Part shown: one piece after another, positions 11,893-24,700 of the stretch
Numbering within the stretch: the stretch's first letter is position 1
Layout of the letters: every line of letters begins with the position of its first letter
NCBI RefSeq assembly: GCF_009914755.1
Contig: NC_060929.1
Origin: the human T2T-CHM13v2.0 reference genome, Homo sapiens
Length of the DNA stretch: 64,000 nucleotides
Reading direction: 5' to 3' (one strand)
Notes under the pieces: model-generated
What the model was told of the DNA's origin: nothing
What the model saw: only the letters and a program-made list of their open reading frames with translations
Databases searched by the model: none
Program-made: the position numbers and the translations under genes

Positions 11893-13243
11893 CCATCTCC
11901 TCCTTTATTGTCGTGCATATTGGAGATCAATTATGATAACTAGCAGGCATTTTTTTTCCGAAGCATTTCTTTCTTCTAGAATCCCTCATTGTTTCACCCT
12001 CAAATTTGGGAGAGTATAATTCTGTGCTTGCCTGAGAACCTAGTAGATGTTGAGCTGCCTGGGGAATTGAGGCTGAGCTACACCTTGCCTGTGATGGGTG
12101 TCTCTGTCTATTTAAGGTCCACTCATCATCTTGAGCCCTCAGTTTAGTGAGGGTTGTGTTGTTGCACTTGGAGGGAAGTTCCCCATGTCATAAGCAGAGG
12201 TAGAGGAGCATGTTGTGAAACCAGCTGCCATGAAATTGAATTACAGGTGTTGTATTCTTCCAGTCTTAAATTGCTCCATTATTGCATGGGCCTTTCTATT
12301 TGTTTGGAACAAAATAACTGCAATTTACTAGGATGCTAAGAGATGAGGGTACAAGCAGTCAGAGGTTGTTTAAGGTTTCCATCATGATGGAAAATTACTC
12401 CTATCCATTTCAAGTATGGTTTCTCCCCCAAGCCACCACATTTAAATGTGAAGAAAGTAAATGCCTCACTTTTTAATACTCCTTTCTTAGCACAATGCTC
12501 TTTAAAGGCTCTCCAGGTTTCTTTAATGTTCTTAACCACACACCCAATCAGTTTTATTTATTATGCTGTGGAAAACGTTCAGTAATGACTTCTGAGGCAG
12601 CCAAGAGTGAATGGACGATTTGCTTTCACTGCCTCGATCTCCTCAACCCATTTCCTCTTAATTTGGTAGAGATAGTGTGGCGCTCCTGGAACCAGAAGCC
12701 ACAGAGACACCTCAAGAAGGAAAGCACTGAGACACCTTTTTTTCTTCCTCATAATTGAACATCGTCGGGAGTGATTTCTATGTCTCACCTTCTTCCTTCA
12801 ATACATTTCAGCTTCCCAAGGAGCACAGTTGTTTCCCTTTCAAGAAGAAATGTGCTTAATTATGAAGTTTGGATTTCTTCCCTCTGATACTGTTCACAAA
12901 TTGATAAACTGCCTCAATATTTGCAGAGTGGTTGGGATGATGTGTTGGTCATTTTTTATAGGAAATAGGCCTTAAAGTGATCATCACTTTCTCAGAATTA
13001 AGCAAATGCAGTGTAGGAAGTTGATCAAAATGTGTGTTTTGTGGATGTTCTAATTTTTAAAATTGTTGAGTTTTCTAAATGGTAATTGCCTATCAGCAGT
13101 ACCTGAGACATTTCTCTTGAAATGAATCTTAGAATTAGGAAATTTGCTGAAGTTACACATGGCACGTGGGTGCTTTTGGACTCAGTTCTTGAGATACTTA
13201 TCGTTTTAGTCATTTTTATTTACTATATGAGTATATATAAATA

Positions 13244-13581
13244 CAGTCATCTCCCGTTATCTGAAGTTTCTCTTTGCATAGTTTCAGTTACCCACAGTCA
13301 ACCATGGTCCAAAAATAGGTGAGTAGAGTACAATAAAATATTTTGAGAGAGAAAGACCACCCCATGCATATAACTTTTATTACAGTCTATTGTTGCAGTT
13401 ATTCTTTTATTAATTATTGTTGTTAATCTCTTATAGTGTGTAATTTCAAAATTAAGCTTTATCATAAGTATGTACGTATAAGAAAATAACATAGTGTATA
13501 TAGAGTTCAGTACCGTCTATGGTTTCAGGCATCTACTGGGGATCTTGGAACGTATCCTCCTCAGATAAGGGGGGACTGCCA
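13244..13581 (+). mobile_element. MER44A (Tigger-derived MITE), full length
   Basis: Degenerate TIRs cagtcatctcccgttatctga / tcagataaggggggactgcca, TA on both flanks, internal gtttcagttacccacagtcaaccatggtccaaaaataggtgagta. Confidence 0.9.
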
Positions 13582-13639
13582 TACATTCTTCTTACGAAAC
13601 TCCCATAATCAAGAAGAACAGACGAATTGTACATTTGCA

Positions 13640-14050
13640 TCCCCATCCCCCAATGTAGTCCCTGCTCTATAAACACTAGTTAAATGTGTGGGTGTGTCTT
13701 CCAGATATTTTTACAGGAATGAACATATATTAGCTGGTGCATACAGCAATATATAGTTTTGTTTTGTGATTGTTTTAATTAAGTGGGATCATATTTTAAT
13801 TCTGTAGCTTGTTTTTATTAAGTAAACACTATATTTTGTAGATCTATCCACATCAATACATACACATCTAGGTCATTCTTTTTAAGGGCTGATAATTCAT
13901 CTGTTATGTATATACCACAATTCACATTGATGTACATTTAAGTTACATTAGTTTACTCTTACAAAAAAAGGTATTGCTGTGAACATCTGTATGTATGTCT
14001 CCTTATGCCTGTATGTGTTAGATCTCTAGGGTGCGTGTCTAGGTTTTGTT
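13640..14050 (-). mobile_element. Ancient L1 (L1ME-like) 3' fragment
   Basis: gatctatccacatcaatacatacacatctaggtcattctttttaa...ttgatgtacatttaagtt...tgctgtgaacatc. Confidence 0.65.
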
Positions 14051-14420
14051 GCACTGCTACATTGTTGGAACTTGTGGACTGGTCATACTCATGAAAGATT
14101 GACATGGCATAGGTAGACAATGTTTAACTGATACAAATATGCAAAAGTATATGAGTTCTGGTCCATGGAGTAATGTTGGGCAAAGGTATTCAGTTAGAAT
14201 TAAAGCATAATGGTGATTTATATGTGTTTGTTTGCCTGTAAGAAATCCTACAGAGCTGAACATGTACACTTTAAGATGTGAGAGAACTGCACACATTAAA
14301 AAATAAATAAATAAAAGAATTCATAGCAATCAAGTTTCCACAAAAGTGAAAATGAGTGTGTGTTGAAGAATGGCCCAGAGACATTGAATTTGAATTGTTT
14401 TAGCACATTAGGCAGAAGAC

Positions 14421-14653
14421 ATGTGGTGTGAGAATAACACGCAGAATATTTGGAGTCAGAGCAGCCTATGTCTGCGCCCTGTGTGTCTGACATAGGTAGC
14501 TTTGAGACCTGCAATAGCTCACTGTTTCTAAGCTTCTTTAGAACAGAGTTAATCATAAACTGCCTCTTTCAGTTGTCCTGAGCATGACGTGGGCTAGTGT
14601 GTGGAAAATGCCTAGCACAGCACCTCCTACCCAGTGGGTCATCAATATTGTTT
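14421..14653 (+). mobile_element. MIR
   Basis: ttggagtcagagcagcct...gtgtggaaaatgcctagcacag...atcaatattg. Confidence 0.6.
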
Positions 14654-15240
14654 AGAAAATCTTGCTGCTATGTTCACTGTCATCCATGGTCCCCATGACA
14701 TTGGTCAAGTTAATCTCATTAGGTCTGCTAATCGTTCGACAAAAGAGGAAGCAGAATTGGATAATTTCTAAAACTCTTTGCTTTTTTTTTCAGCTTGACA
14801 AGTGATTTTTCGTTTTGAAAAATGAAAGTTTTAGCTTATTGTCTTTGTAAGCCTTTAGTCAACAGGACACATACACACACACACACAACCTAACGATAAG
14901 TTAGGTTGATGATACCATAAGCCTCAGGCCTTTCCAAGACAGAACTTCAAAACAGTCAAAGAGTGATAGTCTCAATCTAGAGGGATTGGGTGTGAGAGAT
15001 CCCCTTTACTAAGGACAATAAGTAATTCACAAAAAGAGCTTTCCTATTCTTCTCTTCCAGCCCCCATCCCATTTCACCCATCAGCTTACTCTTGCTCTGT
15101 CCAGATGACCACATCTCTCCTCCTGCTCTCTAGCTCTGTCTCTTCCAGTAGATGTTGCTTGTGTAATAACTATCACTCTCTCTGACAACAACTTTCGTTT
15201 ATTAGGGCATTTATATACTAAGCATTTTACATATAGTTTT

Positions 15241-15535
15241 GTTTATTCATTTGTTGATGAATATCCGATGTGAATTATGTGTTAAAAATGATTCTAAGGT
15301 GCTAGAGTTGTAGCAGTAAACACAGCAAATTATCTGGCATTGTAAAGGATTTACTTCAGTGAAGAGTCCCAGACAACAAATAGATAAATAAATAATTGCC
15401 ATTATATTTTATTCTTAATACAAATCAGTGTGAAAAAATAAAGTGGCTACAGAGTGATGGGAAATGCTAATTATATAGATTGTCAGGTAGGACCTCTCTG
15501 AGGACTGTCATTTGAGTAGTGATATTAGGATGTGA
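15241..15535 (-). mobile_element. L2 3' end
   Basis: ttattcatttgttgatgaata...ggtgctagagttgtagcagtaaac...gtcaggtaggacctctctgaggactgtcatttgag. Confidence 0.7.
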
Positions 15536-15679
15536 CTATGTCATAGATTTTACATATTATGTATAACGTGTATACATTTATGCTATGCATCTGTGTGTGC
15601 ATCACTGCAAGGTAGGCAGTATTGTTTCCATTTTACAGATAGTAAATTGATGCTTAAGGCTAAGTAATATATGAGGGAG

Positions 15680-16100
15680 TTGTTTCAGTAGCAAGTATCA
15701 GGACATCTATCTAACAGTGATTTCACCAAACAGGATTTTATTTTTCTCATTTGCAAGAGCTCTTCTTAGGCAATTCAGTGACGTCCAGGCTGGCATGTCT
15801 GTGATTTTTTTCAGCCTTTTCCTCATGGTCTCAGGGTGACTTCCACAGATCCAGACAGCATGTCTGCATTCTAGGTAAGAGCAAGCAAGGAGATACACCT
15901 GTTTCATCTGACTCATTTATTAGGAAAGATAGCAGAGCTTATGAATTTTTTTCTTTAGACTTTTTGGGAAGATCACCATCTGTGGTCACCCCTGGCTACA
16001 AGGAAGGAAGACTGAGGAAGTATTTGGTTTTTATAACTTCTATAGTGAAAGAAAGTAAGGGAGGAGACTTGGAAGTGAGTGTTGGGTTAATGTTGGCTTT
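15680..16100 (-). mobile_element. Old MLT1 LTR (MLT1J/K/L-like)
   Basis: tttcagtagcaagtatcagg...cctcatggtctcagggtgacttccacagatccagacagcatgtctgcattc...tggtcacccctggctacaagg. Confidence 0.6.
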
Positions 16101-17029
16101 GCATGAATTACATGCTCAACATGTCTAATAAGCCAAGTCTGTCTGGCAGCAAAGTTCTCCTCTAATCCATCTTTATCTGATTCATTTGGGATGGTCATTG
16201 TCTTTTGCAGAATCCAGAGGAGGCAACTAATGTTAGCGACAGCTCCTACTAAAATGCTAACAGCAGTACCACCTAGGAGGTTACAATACAGTTTTTATTC
16301 CCATATAGTTGATACTGACAATGTCATTCCCTATTCTTTTAAGTATAATTTCCAGGAATTGAAACTCGTCTGGCCCAATTTTTCCTCTGATTAGCCTATT
16401 GTTTCATAAGATTGGCAGACAATTGATGTATGATTTGTTGCAAATCCAGAGACCACAAACCTGCCTGCAGATGCAATTGAGATACGGGGTCAGGGGGAAA
16501 ATACTGAAGTAAATAATATATCTTCAGAAGATATACTGATATAATATTACCTGGGAATTGTCCAAAGTCACAGAATCCTTCATACCTGTTGAGTGTCCTA
16601 TAGTTTACAATTGTTTTTACCTGCATTGACTCATTCGCTTTGCATGGTGGCTATCCTGGGAAATAAGGCAGGAATCATTCGTGCCACTTTACTTGTGGAT
16701 AAATTTTGTTTATAGGTAAACTGATGCTTAGAAAAAACTAAATGACAGAATATCAAAACAAATTTAGTCTTTTTTAATCATGGGTTCCTCAATCTTATTT
16801 AAAAAGCACTCTTCTAAAGCAGATTCAATTACTCGCCTTCAAACAAATGACTGCCCCAAGTTCCCTCTTATATAGAAATTCTGAACTGCTATTGGTTAGG
16901 AATAGAATGATCATTCTTAAAATATACATCTATTTACTTGCTCTAGCATATGCCAAAAGCCTTTTAAAGAGAACAGATTAGGTCATTAAGTCTTTTAAGA
17001 ATATTTTCTGGCCATTTCTAATTGAGGAA

Positions 17030-17945
17030 AAGAATAATACATGCTAATTGTCGAAAAGTCAAACAGTACAGAGAAATGTACACTGCATAGTGAATTTTTT
17101 CTTTAGTCCCAACTTCAAAAGACAAGCAGCATTAACAGATTAATTTATATTCTTTCAGGCATTTTTAAATGTCCTTTTTATTTTTGGAATAATAATTATT
17201 ATCATCATTAATGGATATGATAGTGTTTTGTGACTTTTGTTGCCTAATACTATGTTGTGAACATTTTCCATACTGGTATATCTACATCTAACTAATTATT
17301 TTTAATGACTACATGGTATTTTACTTAAAATAACCATGAATTATTACTCTTGTAGTCAAACCTTTAATAATAGCCATTTCATTTTTCTAAATGTTTAATG
17401 TGTTAGTAAATGTTCATGATATGTGTGTTTAAGCATATGTTAACTATTTCCATAGGGAAAAACTTCTGAAGTGGTTTTGATCAATTAGACAGTGGGCACA
17501 ATTAAAATCTTACAAAAATTACAGAATTACCCTCCATCAGTGGTGTTTGAGAGTGTCTGTTTCCCTACACTCCACGCTAGCACCAGGTATCAGGCAGTTT
17601 TAGTCCTAATTAATCTGAAAGACAAAACAATTTTTATATATTTATTTTAATTTGCATTTCTTGGATTAACAGTGATTTCAAGAATCTTTTCATATGACTG
17701 TCATTCACCTTTTCGTTTGTCAATTACATCTTTATGCCCCTTGCCCATTTTTCAATCAGGTTGTTTTTCTTCAGATGAAACTCTTTAGATATTAACCCTA
17801 GATATGTCACATATGTCGTTAATCTTTTTCCCCTTATTTTGTCCTTTGTTAGTCATTTTTATGATATCTTGTGCCATGCCAATTTTAAAATTGTTATATA
17901 GACAAATGTGTCAATCTTTTTCTTTCTTGGTTTCTGGCTTTACCG
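17030..17945 (-). mobile_element. Ancient L1 (L1ME-like), 3' ORF2/UTR
   Basis: ccatcagtggtgtttgagagtgtctgtttccctacac...ttttaatttgcatttcttggattaacagtga...ttgcccatttttc...aaatgtgtcaatctttttc. Confidence 0.75.
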
Positions 17946-18534
17946 CAAGGCAAAGAATGTCCGAAAAAGTCTGATTTTACAATATTTCAGGATGGAAATC
18001 CACTCTGAGGGGAACTTTGCAATATGGAAACTCATCAGACTTGAGTAATTATCATTCTGTGGCTGATATTTACCCACACCCATTTGCAGTGAAGTCCAAA
18101 CCAGGATTTAATAACCCATAGCATATTTGCACAGACTTTCTCATTTTCTAACCATTTAAAATTAGTCCTGAAAGATGAATGACTCATTTTTAAACATATT
18201 CCCTTTGAATTTAGCTCTACACTGAGAAGGTTTTTAAGGAGAATGTGGCTAAGTCGTGCCAGCACAAGTGTTAACTTCTTAGAAAGTTTCATGCTTCTGT
18301 TTTGCCCAAATATTCTCTCTAATGAATGAAATTTAAGGTTCAGCTCACACTTGTCAATGGTGATGGGTTTTCTAAATTAAGGGGATTGGAATGAAAATGA
18401 TCAGGCAAGTAAGAAAAAGAAATGCTTTGGTGTTTGGCCATTTACCTAAGTCTGCAAGTTAGTGGGGCCATATGAATATATATGATGCGCAGAATGAAAT
18501 TTACAGAATCTGTACTCATGAGTTCTCCAACTAT

Positions 18535-18660
18535 CAGGGTAGACTTTGAAATCCTACACACCTGGCTTTGAATTCTGGCTTGTCCAGTTAATAATTAAAT
18601 GAGAAGAGTTATTTAACTTTGCAAAGCCTCAGTTCCTTTCTCTCTAAAATGGGGAGAGTG
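18535..18660 (+). mobile_element. MIR
   Basis: cctggctttgaattctggct...gttatttaactttgcaaagcctcagttcctttctctctaaaatgggg. Confidence 0.7.
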
Positions 18661-19054
18661 CTTGCAACTGCCATTACCTAAAAATCACTCATTTTGTCAT
18701 TCCTGATGCTCATTTAACCCCAAACCTTATAAAATTGTATAAATCTGTGTGATCTGTTTTAACTCCAGTATGGTCTGGCCTCCAATGTAGGTGCTCTTTA
18801 AAAATCATGGCAGATGAAAGTAAGGGTGAATAAAAACTGAGTAAAACTGCCATTAATTTAGCATTTTATAAGCAAGTTCTCTCTGGCAGTCAATTCATGC
18901 TGTCTGTTAAAGTAGCCCAACTTTTCATTTTTATTTTATCTTCTACATCTCAATCTTTCGTGATTTAAAACTGATGACATCTGAATATTTTTCAAGCAGT
19001 TACTACATATTTATGAAGAACGGTTAATCTATGGAAAAGGAGAGAGAGAAAAAT

Positions 19055-19160
19055 CATGAAATTTTAGAGCTGAGTGACTTTTGGGCTCACGTGCAGTAGA
19101 GGAAATTGAGACCCAGGCAAGTTACATGACTTGCCCAGCATCAAATATTAGTAATAATGA
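19055..19160 (-). mobile_element. MIR core fragment
   Basis: gaggaaattgagacccagg...tgacttgcccagcatca. Confidence 0.6.
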
Positions 19161-19358
19161 TAAAATGCAACTACTACAAAGTTGTAAGGCAACAAGAAGT
19201 TCTTGGGCTGGTTCTGTTGTATCCCATGTAAGAGTGAGGTATGGGAGCATAGTGAGTTTCTCTTTCACACACCCTCTTTCCCCAGGGTATCATGTATCAT
19301 GAGCCAACTAGATGTCCAGGAAGGGTATTCCCACAGGTCACAATCCACAGGGTATCCA

Positions 19359-19498
19359 ATGATGTCTGGGGCACAGATAGGTCCAACTCCCACTGGACGG
19401 CCAGTAGCAGTGACCATGTAGTCAGCGATGTCTGGGGCCAGTAGTACTGCTACTGGCTGTCCAGTGAGAGTTGGACCTGTCTGTGCCCCAGACATCAT
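19359..19498. repeat. Inverted repeat: 53-bp arms (19359-19411 and 19446-19498), 34-bp spacer
   Basis: 50 of 53 positions are Watson-Crick complementary. The ORF track also shows near-identical peptides on both strands (MMSGAQIGPTPTGRPVAV and MMSGAQTGPTLTGQPVAV). Confidence 0.97.
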
Positions 19499-19502
19499 AG
19501 GT

Positions 19503-19513
19503 GGGGACTTTCC
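19503..19513 (+). promoter_or_regulatory. Canonical NF-kB site GGGGACTTTCC (motif match only)
   Basis: Exact match to the Ig-kappa kB site; function is not shown by sequence alone. Confidence 0.4.
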
Positions 19514-20150
19514 TGCTGGACATAGGCTGGAACATCAGGTATTTTGGAGGCTTTAGAGCAGATTATTTGCACCATTCCCTTAAACAGCACAGATGGCATG
19601 TCAGAGCTTGCCTGGTTCCCAAGAGTGTAGGGCGGACAGTGGACCCTTGAAGGGATATCCCCGTGGAGAATGGGAGGCCTCATCTCCTCTTGGCACAACC
19701 CCACCATATCTGGTCCTTCTATCCTGGACCTCTCTAACCCCCCATCCTCTGGGCAGTACTATTATCTCTTCTTTTCCTTTCTGCCTACCCTCTCCCAAGT
19801 CTATTTTCTGTGCCCAAAAGCATCCATTCTCTGGGACTGGAAATTGACTCCTCCTTCCCATAGTTTCTGTTATTTCTTCTGTGTCATGCCTCCTGGAGAA
19901 AACAACAGCAGAAGCAGAAGCAGAATGCCTTGATGATGAATGAAGAAGAGCTGGGAGAGAGAAGGAAACCCTGAGAACAAAAACATGTCTGTGGATATTT
20001 CAACAATATCTTTCTGCCCTCATCAATATCAGTGTCATCATCATCACCGTTATCACAATCTGCACCATCATCACCATCACACATGTGCATTTATTGAAGG
20101 CCTATTGGGGGCCTATTGACAATTAGGGTGATTAAATAACTTGCCTAACA

Positions 20151-20333
20151 CAATGGTTCTCAATCAAGGACTATTTTGTCCCCAGGAGACATTTGGCAGT
20201 ATCTGGAGACTTTTTGATTTTCATGAACAGGAGGGGGCTACTGGGTTAAACATCCAACAATGCACAGGACGGTCCCCCAAGCAAAGAATTATTTTGCCAA
20301 AAATATCAACAGTGCTGAGGTGGAGAAACTCTC
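20151..20333 (+). mobile_element. MER20 (hAT-Charlie MITE) with a ~30-bp internal deletion
   Basis: caatggttctcaa...ggagacatttggcagtatctggagac...aaacatccaacaatgcacaggac...agtgctgaggtggagaaactctc. Confidence 0.9.
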
Positions 20334-20354
20334 ACCTGGCAAGATACATTTACA

Positions 20355-20882
<528 letters not shown>

Positions 20883-20919
20883 GATACTATTTATAGGAAA
20901 ATTTTAAACATACAAAACA

Positions 20920-21200
20920 GTACTATATATTTTTATGGACATTTATATATGCAGTGAAAGCATAAAAAATGCTGTAAGACAGATGCACACTGATTTCAGA
21001 ATAATGGTTACTTCTGAGAAAGAAAGAACTGGAAATCACTAGGAAGGGCTCTCTAAAAGGGTCTTATACCATTTTGTCTCTATAAAAATAGGTCTGAAGC
21101 TCAAAGTAAGTGTTTGCTAAATATGAGGGGAGTATTGCAGGGGTACCTGTTACATTATTTGACATATTTTGGATGTTTGAAATACTTCATATTTAGAAAA
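20920..21200 (+). mobile_element. Old L1 (L1MC/ME) 3' UTR end
   Basis: ttcagaataatggttacttctg...tctgaagc...tgtttgaaatacttcatatttag. Confidence 0.55.
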
Positions 21201-21349
21201 AGAGACACAAAACAAAAAACTAGAGCTAAAATGATATCAATGGCTCAATCCTAAATAGTAACTAATGCCAGATCCAGGATTCCAAGTTATGTATAACTCT
21301 CTCCAGAACCAAAGCTGTTAACCAGCATACCAAGAACGTAACACAGGCT

Positions 21350-21480
21350 CATGGCATGCCAGGCACCGTGCTCGGTAGCTGACACATATTCACTCGTGGA
21401 GTCTTTCAAATAATCTCACTAAGTAAGTATTCTTGTTTTCTTCATGTTATAGATGAAGACACTGAGGCACAGGGAGAGCG
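21350..21480 (-). mobile_element. MIR
   Basis: atgccaggcaccgtgctcgg...ttatagatgaagacactgaggcacaggga. Confidence 0.7.
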
Positions 21481-21604
21481 TGTGTTGTTTGGAATTTGTT
21501 CCCTTTGTTCACTTAGTTCCGTTTGTTCCTCCTCCTCCTCAGAGGAACAACCTTGAATTAGGATTCACAAGGACCAAGTGAAAGGCAACGGGTGTGTCCA
21601 GGCT

Positions 21605-22378
21605 CCAGGCATCATCCTGGACACCGCCTTTTACCTGATGCCACATTTTCATCAATGATGAAATCCTCCTGAACCCTCCAGCTGCCCACATCTCTCCAAG
21701 CCTGCAACCACTGTGTTACCATCTGAGTTACCATTGTCTTTCACTGTTGCCGGTTTTGTCCCCTCCTTCATTTTCTAGACTCCAGCAGATTGATTGAAAT
21801 GCATATTGGATCCCCTTACTTCCCTCCCCTGGGCTTCACAGTTCTTAGAATAAGAAGAGCATCTTGAATGTAGTTAAAATTCAGGCGTGATCTTGCTTAT
21901 CAGCCCCATTTCTTAACACATCCTCTTTGCTTTCCAGTCACTGGGCCAAGCGCTTTGCACCTCAGGGTCTTTGCACAGGCTGCCTCTATGCAGGGAAGCA
22001 CCTCATCATTGCCCTGGCCCCTTGTTTGTCCAGATCTCATGCCCTTACCCTTGCTGAGTTGTTGATTCCTGCCGCCCATTTAGTGTTCACATCACTTATT
22101 GTTTTCTCAGAGAAACTTTCTTGTGTCTTCCAAACTTGACTAGACCCACTGGTACTTACCCTCATAAAACTCCAAAAGGAGTGAATGAGTTGCTCTTCAT
22201 AATACTCACAAGTTTAAACAGTTAATTTTGTAATTACCTTAATATTTGATAGACTATAAACTCCATAATACTGGCCCTAGGTCTTTTTTTAGTCACTGTA
22301 TCCTCAGGGCATAGTATAGTGCCTGACATGGAATGGTGTTTAATAAATATATGTGGAATAAATGAATGATTGGGTGAA
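21605..22378 (+). mobile_element. L2 3' region including tail
   Basis: cacctcagggtctttgcacaggctg...tagactataaactccat...cactgtatcctcagggcatagtatagtgcctgacat...aataaatatatgtggaataaatgaatga. Confidence 0.8.
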
Positions 22379-22660
22379 TACATTTTTCCCTATTAATGTG
22401 ATATTAGACAAGAAGAGGACTAGACTATTTCACCCTTCGTGGCCTCCATGTGTTTCTTACCTATGCCATGGTACATGCATCTGAAGGATGAAAAAGATAG
22501 CCCAGAATATTCACCCAGGAGGGGAGGCATCAGGTTACTATTGTTAGCCAAAGTGTGGAACCAAATAGGCCAGGAAACCAAGAAAGTGAAGAATGAGGAA
22601 CTGGAAGGTCATGGTGGATATTTTCATAAGTGGGTAGCCTCATTTAAAGTGGTCAGAATG

Positions 22661-22965
22661 GGCCGGGCGCAGTGGCTCATGCCCATAATCTCAGTACTTT
22701 GGGAGGCCGAGGTGGGCAGATCACGAGGTCAGCAGATGGAGACCATCCTAGCTAACATGGTGAAACCCGGTATCTACTAAAACACAAAAAACTAGCTGGA
22801 CGTGGTGGTGCATGCCTGTAGTCCCAGCTACTCAGGATCCTGAGGCAGGGGTATCGCTTAAACCTAGGCAGCAGAGGTTGCAGTTAGCTGAGATCGTGCC
22901 ACTGCACTCCAGCCTGGAGACAGAGCAAGACTCTGTCTCAAAAATAAAATAAAATAAAATAAAAA
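22661..22965 (+). mobile_element. AluSc-like
   Basis: ggccgggcgcagtggctc...tcacgaggtc...(AAAAT)n tail; TSD taaa(g/c)tggtcagaatg (22645-22660 and 22966-22981). Confidence 0.95.
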
Positions 22966-23097
22966 TAAACTGGTCAGAATGGATGCATCTCTGAAAAGAC
23001 CAGAATGTGGCATAGCCCATGTGTATTTGGGGTTCCAATTATGAATTTACTTGTCAAGACTATTTGTTCCAAAATTTTATTTTACATAATCATCACA

Positions 23098-23182
23098 TTG
23101 TGCTTGCTAAAAATGCAGATTCCAGAGCATCTTTAGAAAATCATTCTGAATCAGGAGATCTGGACCAGGGCCCAAGGATCAC
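23098..23182. mobile_element. MER5-like fragment
   Basis: gcttgctaaaaatgcagattcc...ctgaatcagga...gggcccaaggatc. Confidence 0.5.
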
Positions 23183-24264
23183 AGTACCTGTGGTTGGAGT
23201 GGGACAGGGTGGGAGGGAAAAGAATAAAAGGAAAAACATTTTGAAAACACCTGGCTTATTACAACCTTGTGAAGGAATGAAAACACAGGCCATAGTGAAA
23301 GTCTCAATGATAGTGTGGCAACTGTGTCAATGGATTGCCTTTAGGCAGGAAAGATTATGCAGTGTTATTACACCAATGAGATGTGTTAACTAATCTGCAG
23401 GGCCTGGTGGCTTTTGCTTTTAAGTCACACATGACAAAGATTAATGTTGACTTTGTTTCCCTTGTCTAGACTTAGTCCTCGCCAGATATAAATATCAACT
23501 GTGGCCTTTCATGCTGCCACCTTCTTAATTAAGCTCTAAAACAATAGAAACTGTTAGTCTTCAAACCTATAAATATACTCATTTTTGTTATTTTTACGAA
23601 AGTAACCTTCAGGAGCAGGGCCATTTCTTCCAAAAGAATGCAGGGGGAGGGGGGATATTGGAGTTATTTTAAAAAAAAAAAGAGTTAAGGTGGAAAATTG
23701 TAGAGCTATTAAGCTGCCCTACAAATACAGTGTATTTATAGCAAGAAAATCACTACTTAAAGATCTGGTTTTAAAAAACTGTCCTCTCAGATGACCAATT
23801 AGGTCATAAAGTTGGACGGTCCTGGTCCTGATTTCATTAGCATGTAGCACAGAGTGTCTCCTTGGGGACTTGTATTTTCTTAGTCATGCAGCACTTCACA
23901 GCTGGGCAGAAAATGCTGCCACATTATTTTTGAATGCAAGAAACTTGTGATTCCAGACTCTCCCAGGATTTTAACTGTCTTGCCTGAACAGATTGGCACA
24001 ACAACAGATGGTCCACGTTGGATCATTGCAACTACCTTGAATATTAAGGATCAAACTCCTTGGAATAACGAGTGCATTAGCCTTTGTAGATGAGTGTTTA
24101 ATGTACATATACCTAAAGAAAGACTGAACTCTGTATCAGAGATATAAGGTGCTTAGGGGAACACAGTGCCTGGCACATAGCAGTGCTCAGTAAATGCCTA
24201 CGATATAAGGTGAACTCATGGGGATAATCTGTACAACTGTTCTTCTAGTTCTTGGTTGACAGAG

Positions 24265-24660
24265 ATCTATTTTCCCAGGAAGTGGGCTCTGAGATGGAGA
24301 TTAGCATGCAAGACTTCTATTAAGAAGAGCTGCTGAGATCAATACATGTGGAAGGGAAGGGAAAAAAGGACTGAACAGAGAGAGAGGTTGGGCTGGGATG
24401 CAGTTTCAAAGGCTCCTCTGTCAACACCATGGGGAGTGATGAAGCTGGGCTGGCTCTCCACAATTATGCCTAGTGGAGGTGAGGAAATGGCTTTTGAACT
24501 GCTGCTGGCCCAGTTGTTGGGTGTAGGCTGGCCCACAAGGTTGATTCTCAGAGAAGGTTGACAGCTGAGGGCTGTCTGCTGGAAGAATTCCTGGCAGCTG
24601 GGTGAATGAATCCTTCATTTCTGAAAGAGGGTTTGGGCAGTGCCCATCACAGCACACATT
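24265..24660 (-). mobile_element. LTR16C-like (ERVL) LTR
   Basis: ctctgagatggagattagcatgcaag...gagatcaatacatgtggaagg...gatgcagt...gaagctgggctggc...ggcagctgggtgaatgaa...gggtttgggcagtgc. Confidence 0.75.
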
Positions 24661-24700
24661 GTGATGATACTGGAGTACCCACTGGGGCTGGCTCAGATGA

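Noticed and set aside
11736-12019. CV- and HT-repeat ORFs
   Set aside because: Translations of the (TG)n microsatellite.
14886-14908. 9-bp hairpin caacctaac-gataa-gttaggttg
   Set aside because: A few 9-bp stems with short loops are expected by chance in 64 kb.
19203-19498. Similar peptides on opposite strands suggesting a gene pair
   Set aside because: A direct consequence of the DNA inverted repeat; no coding evidence.
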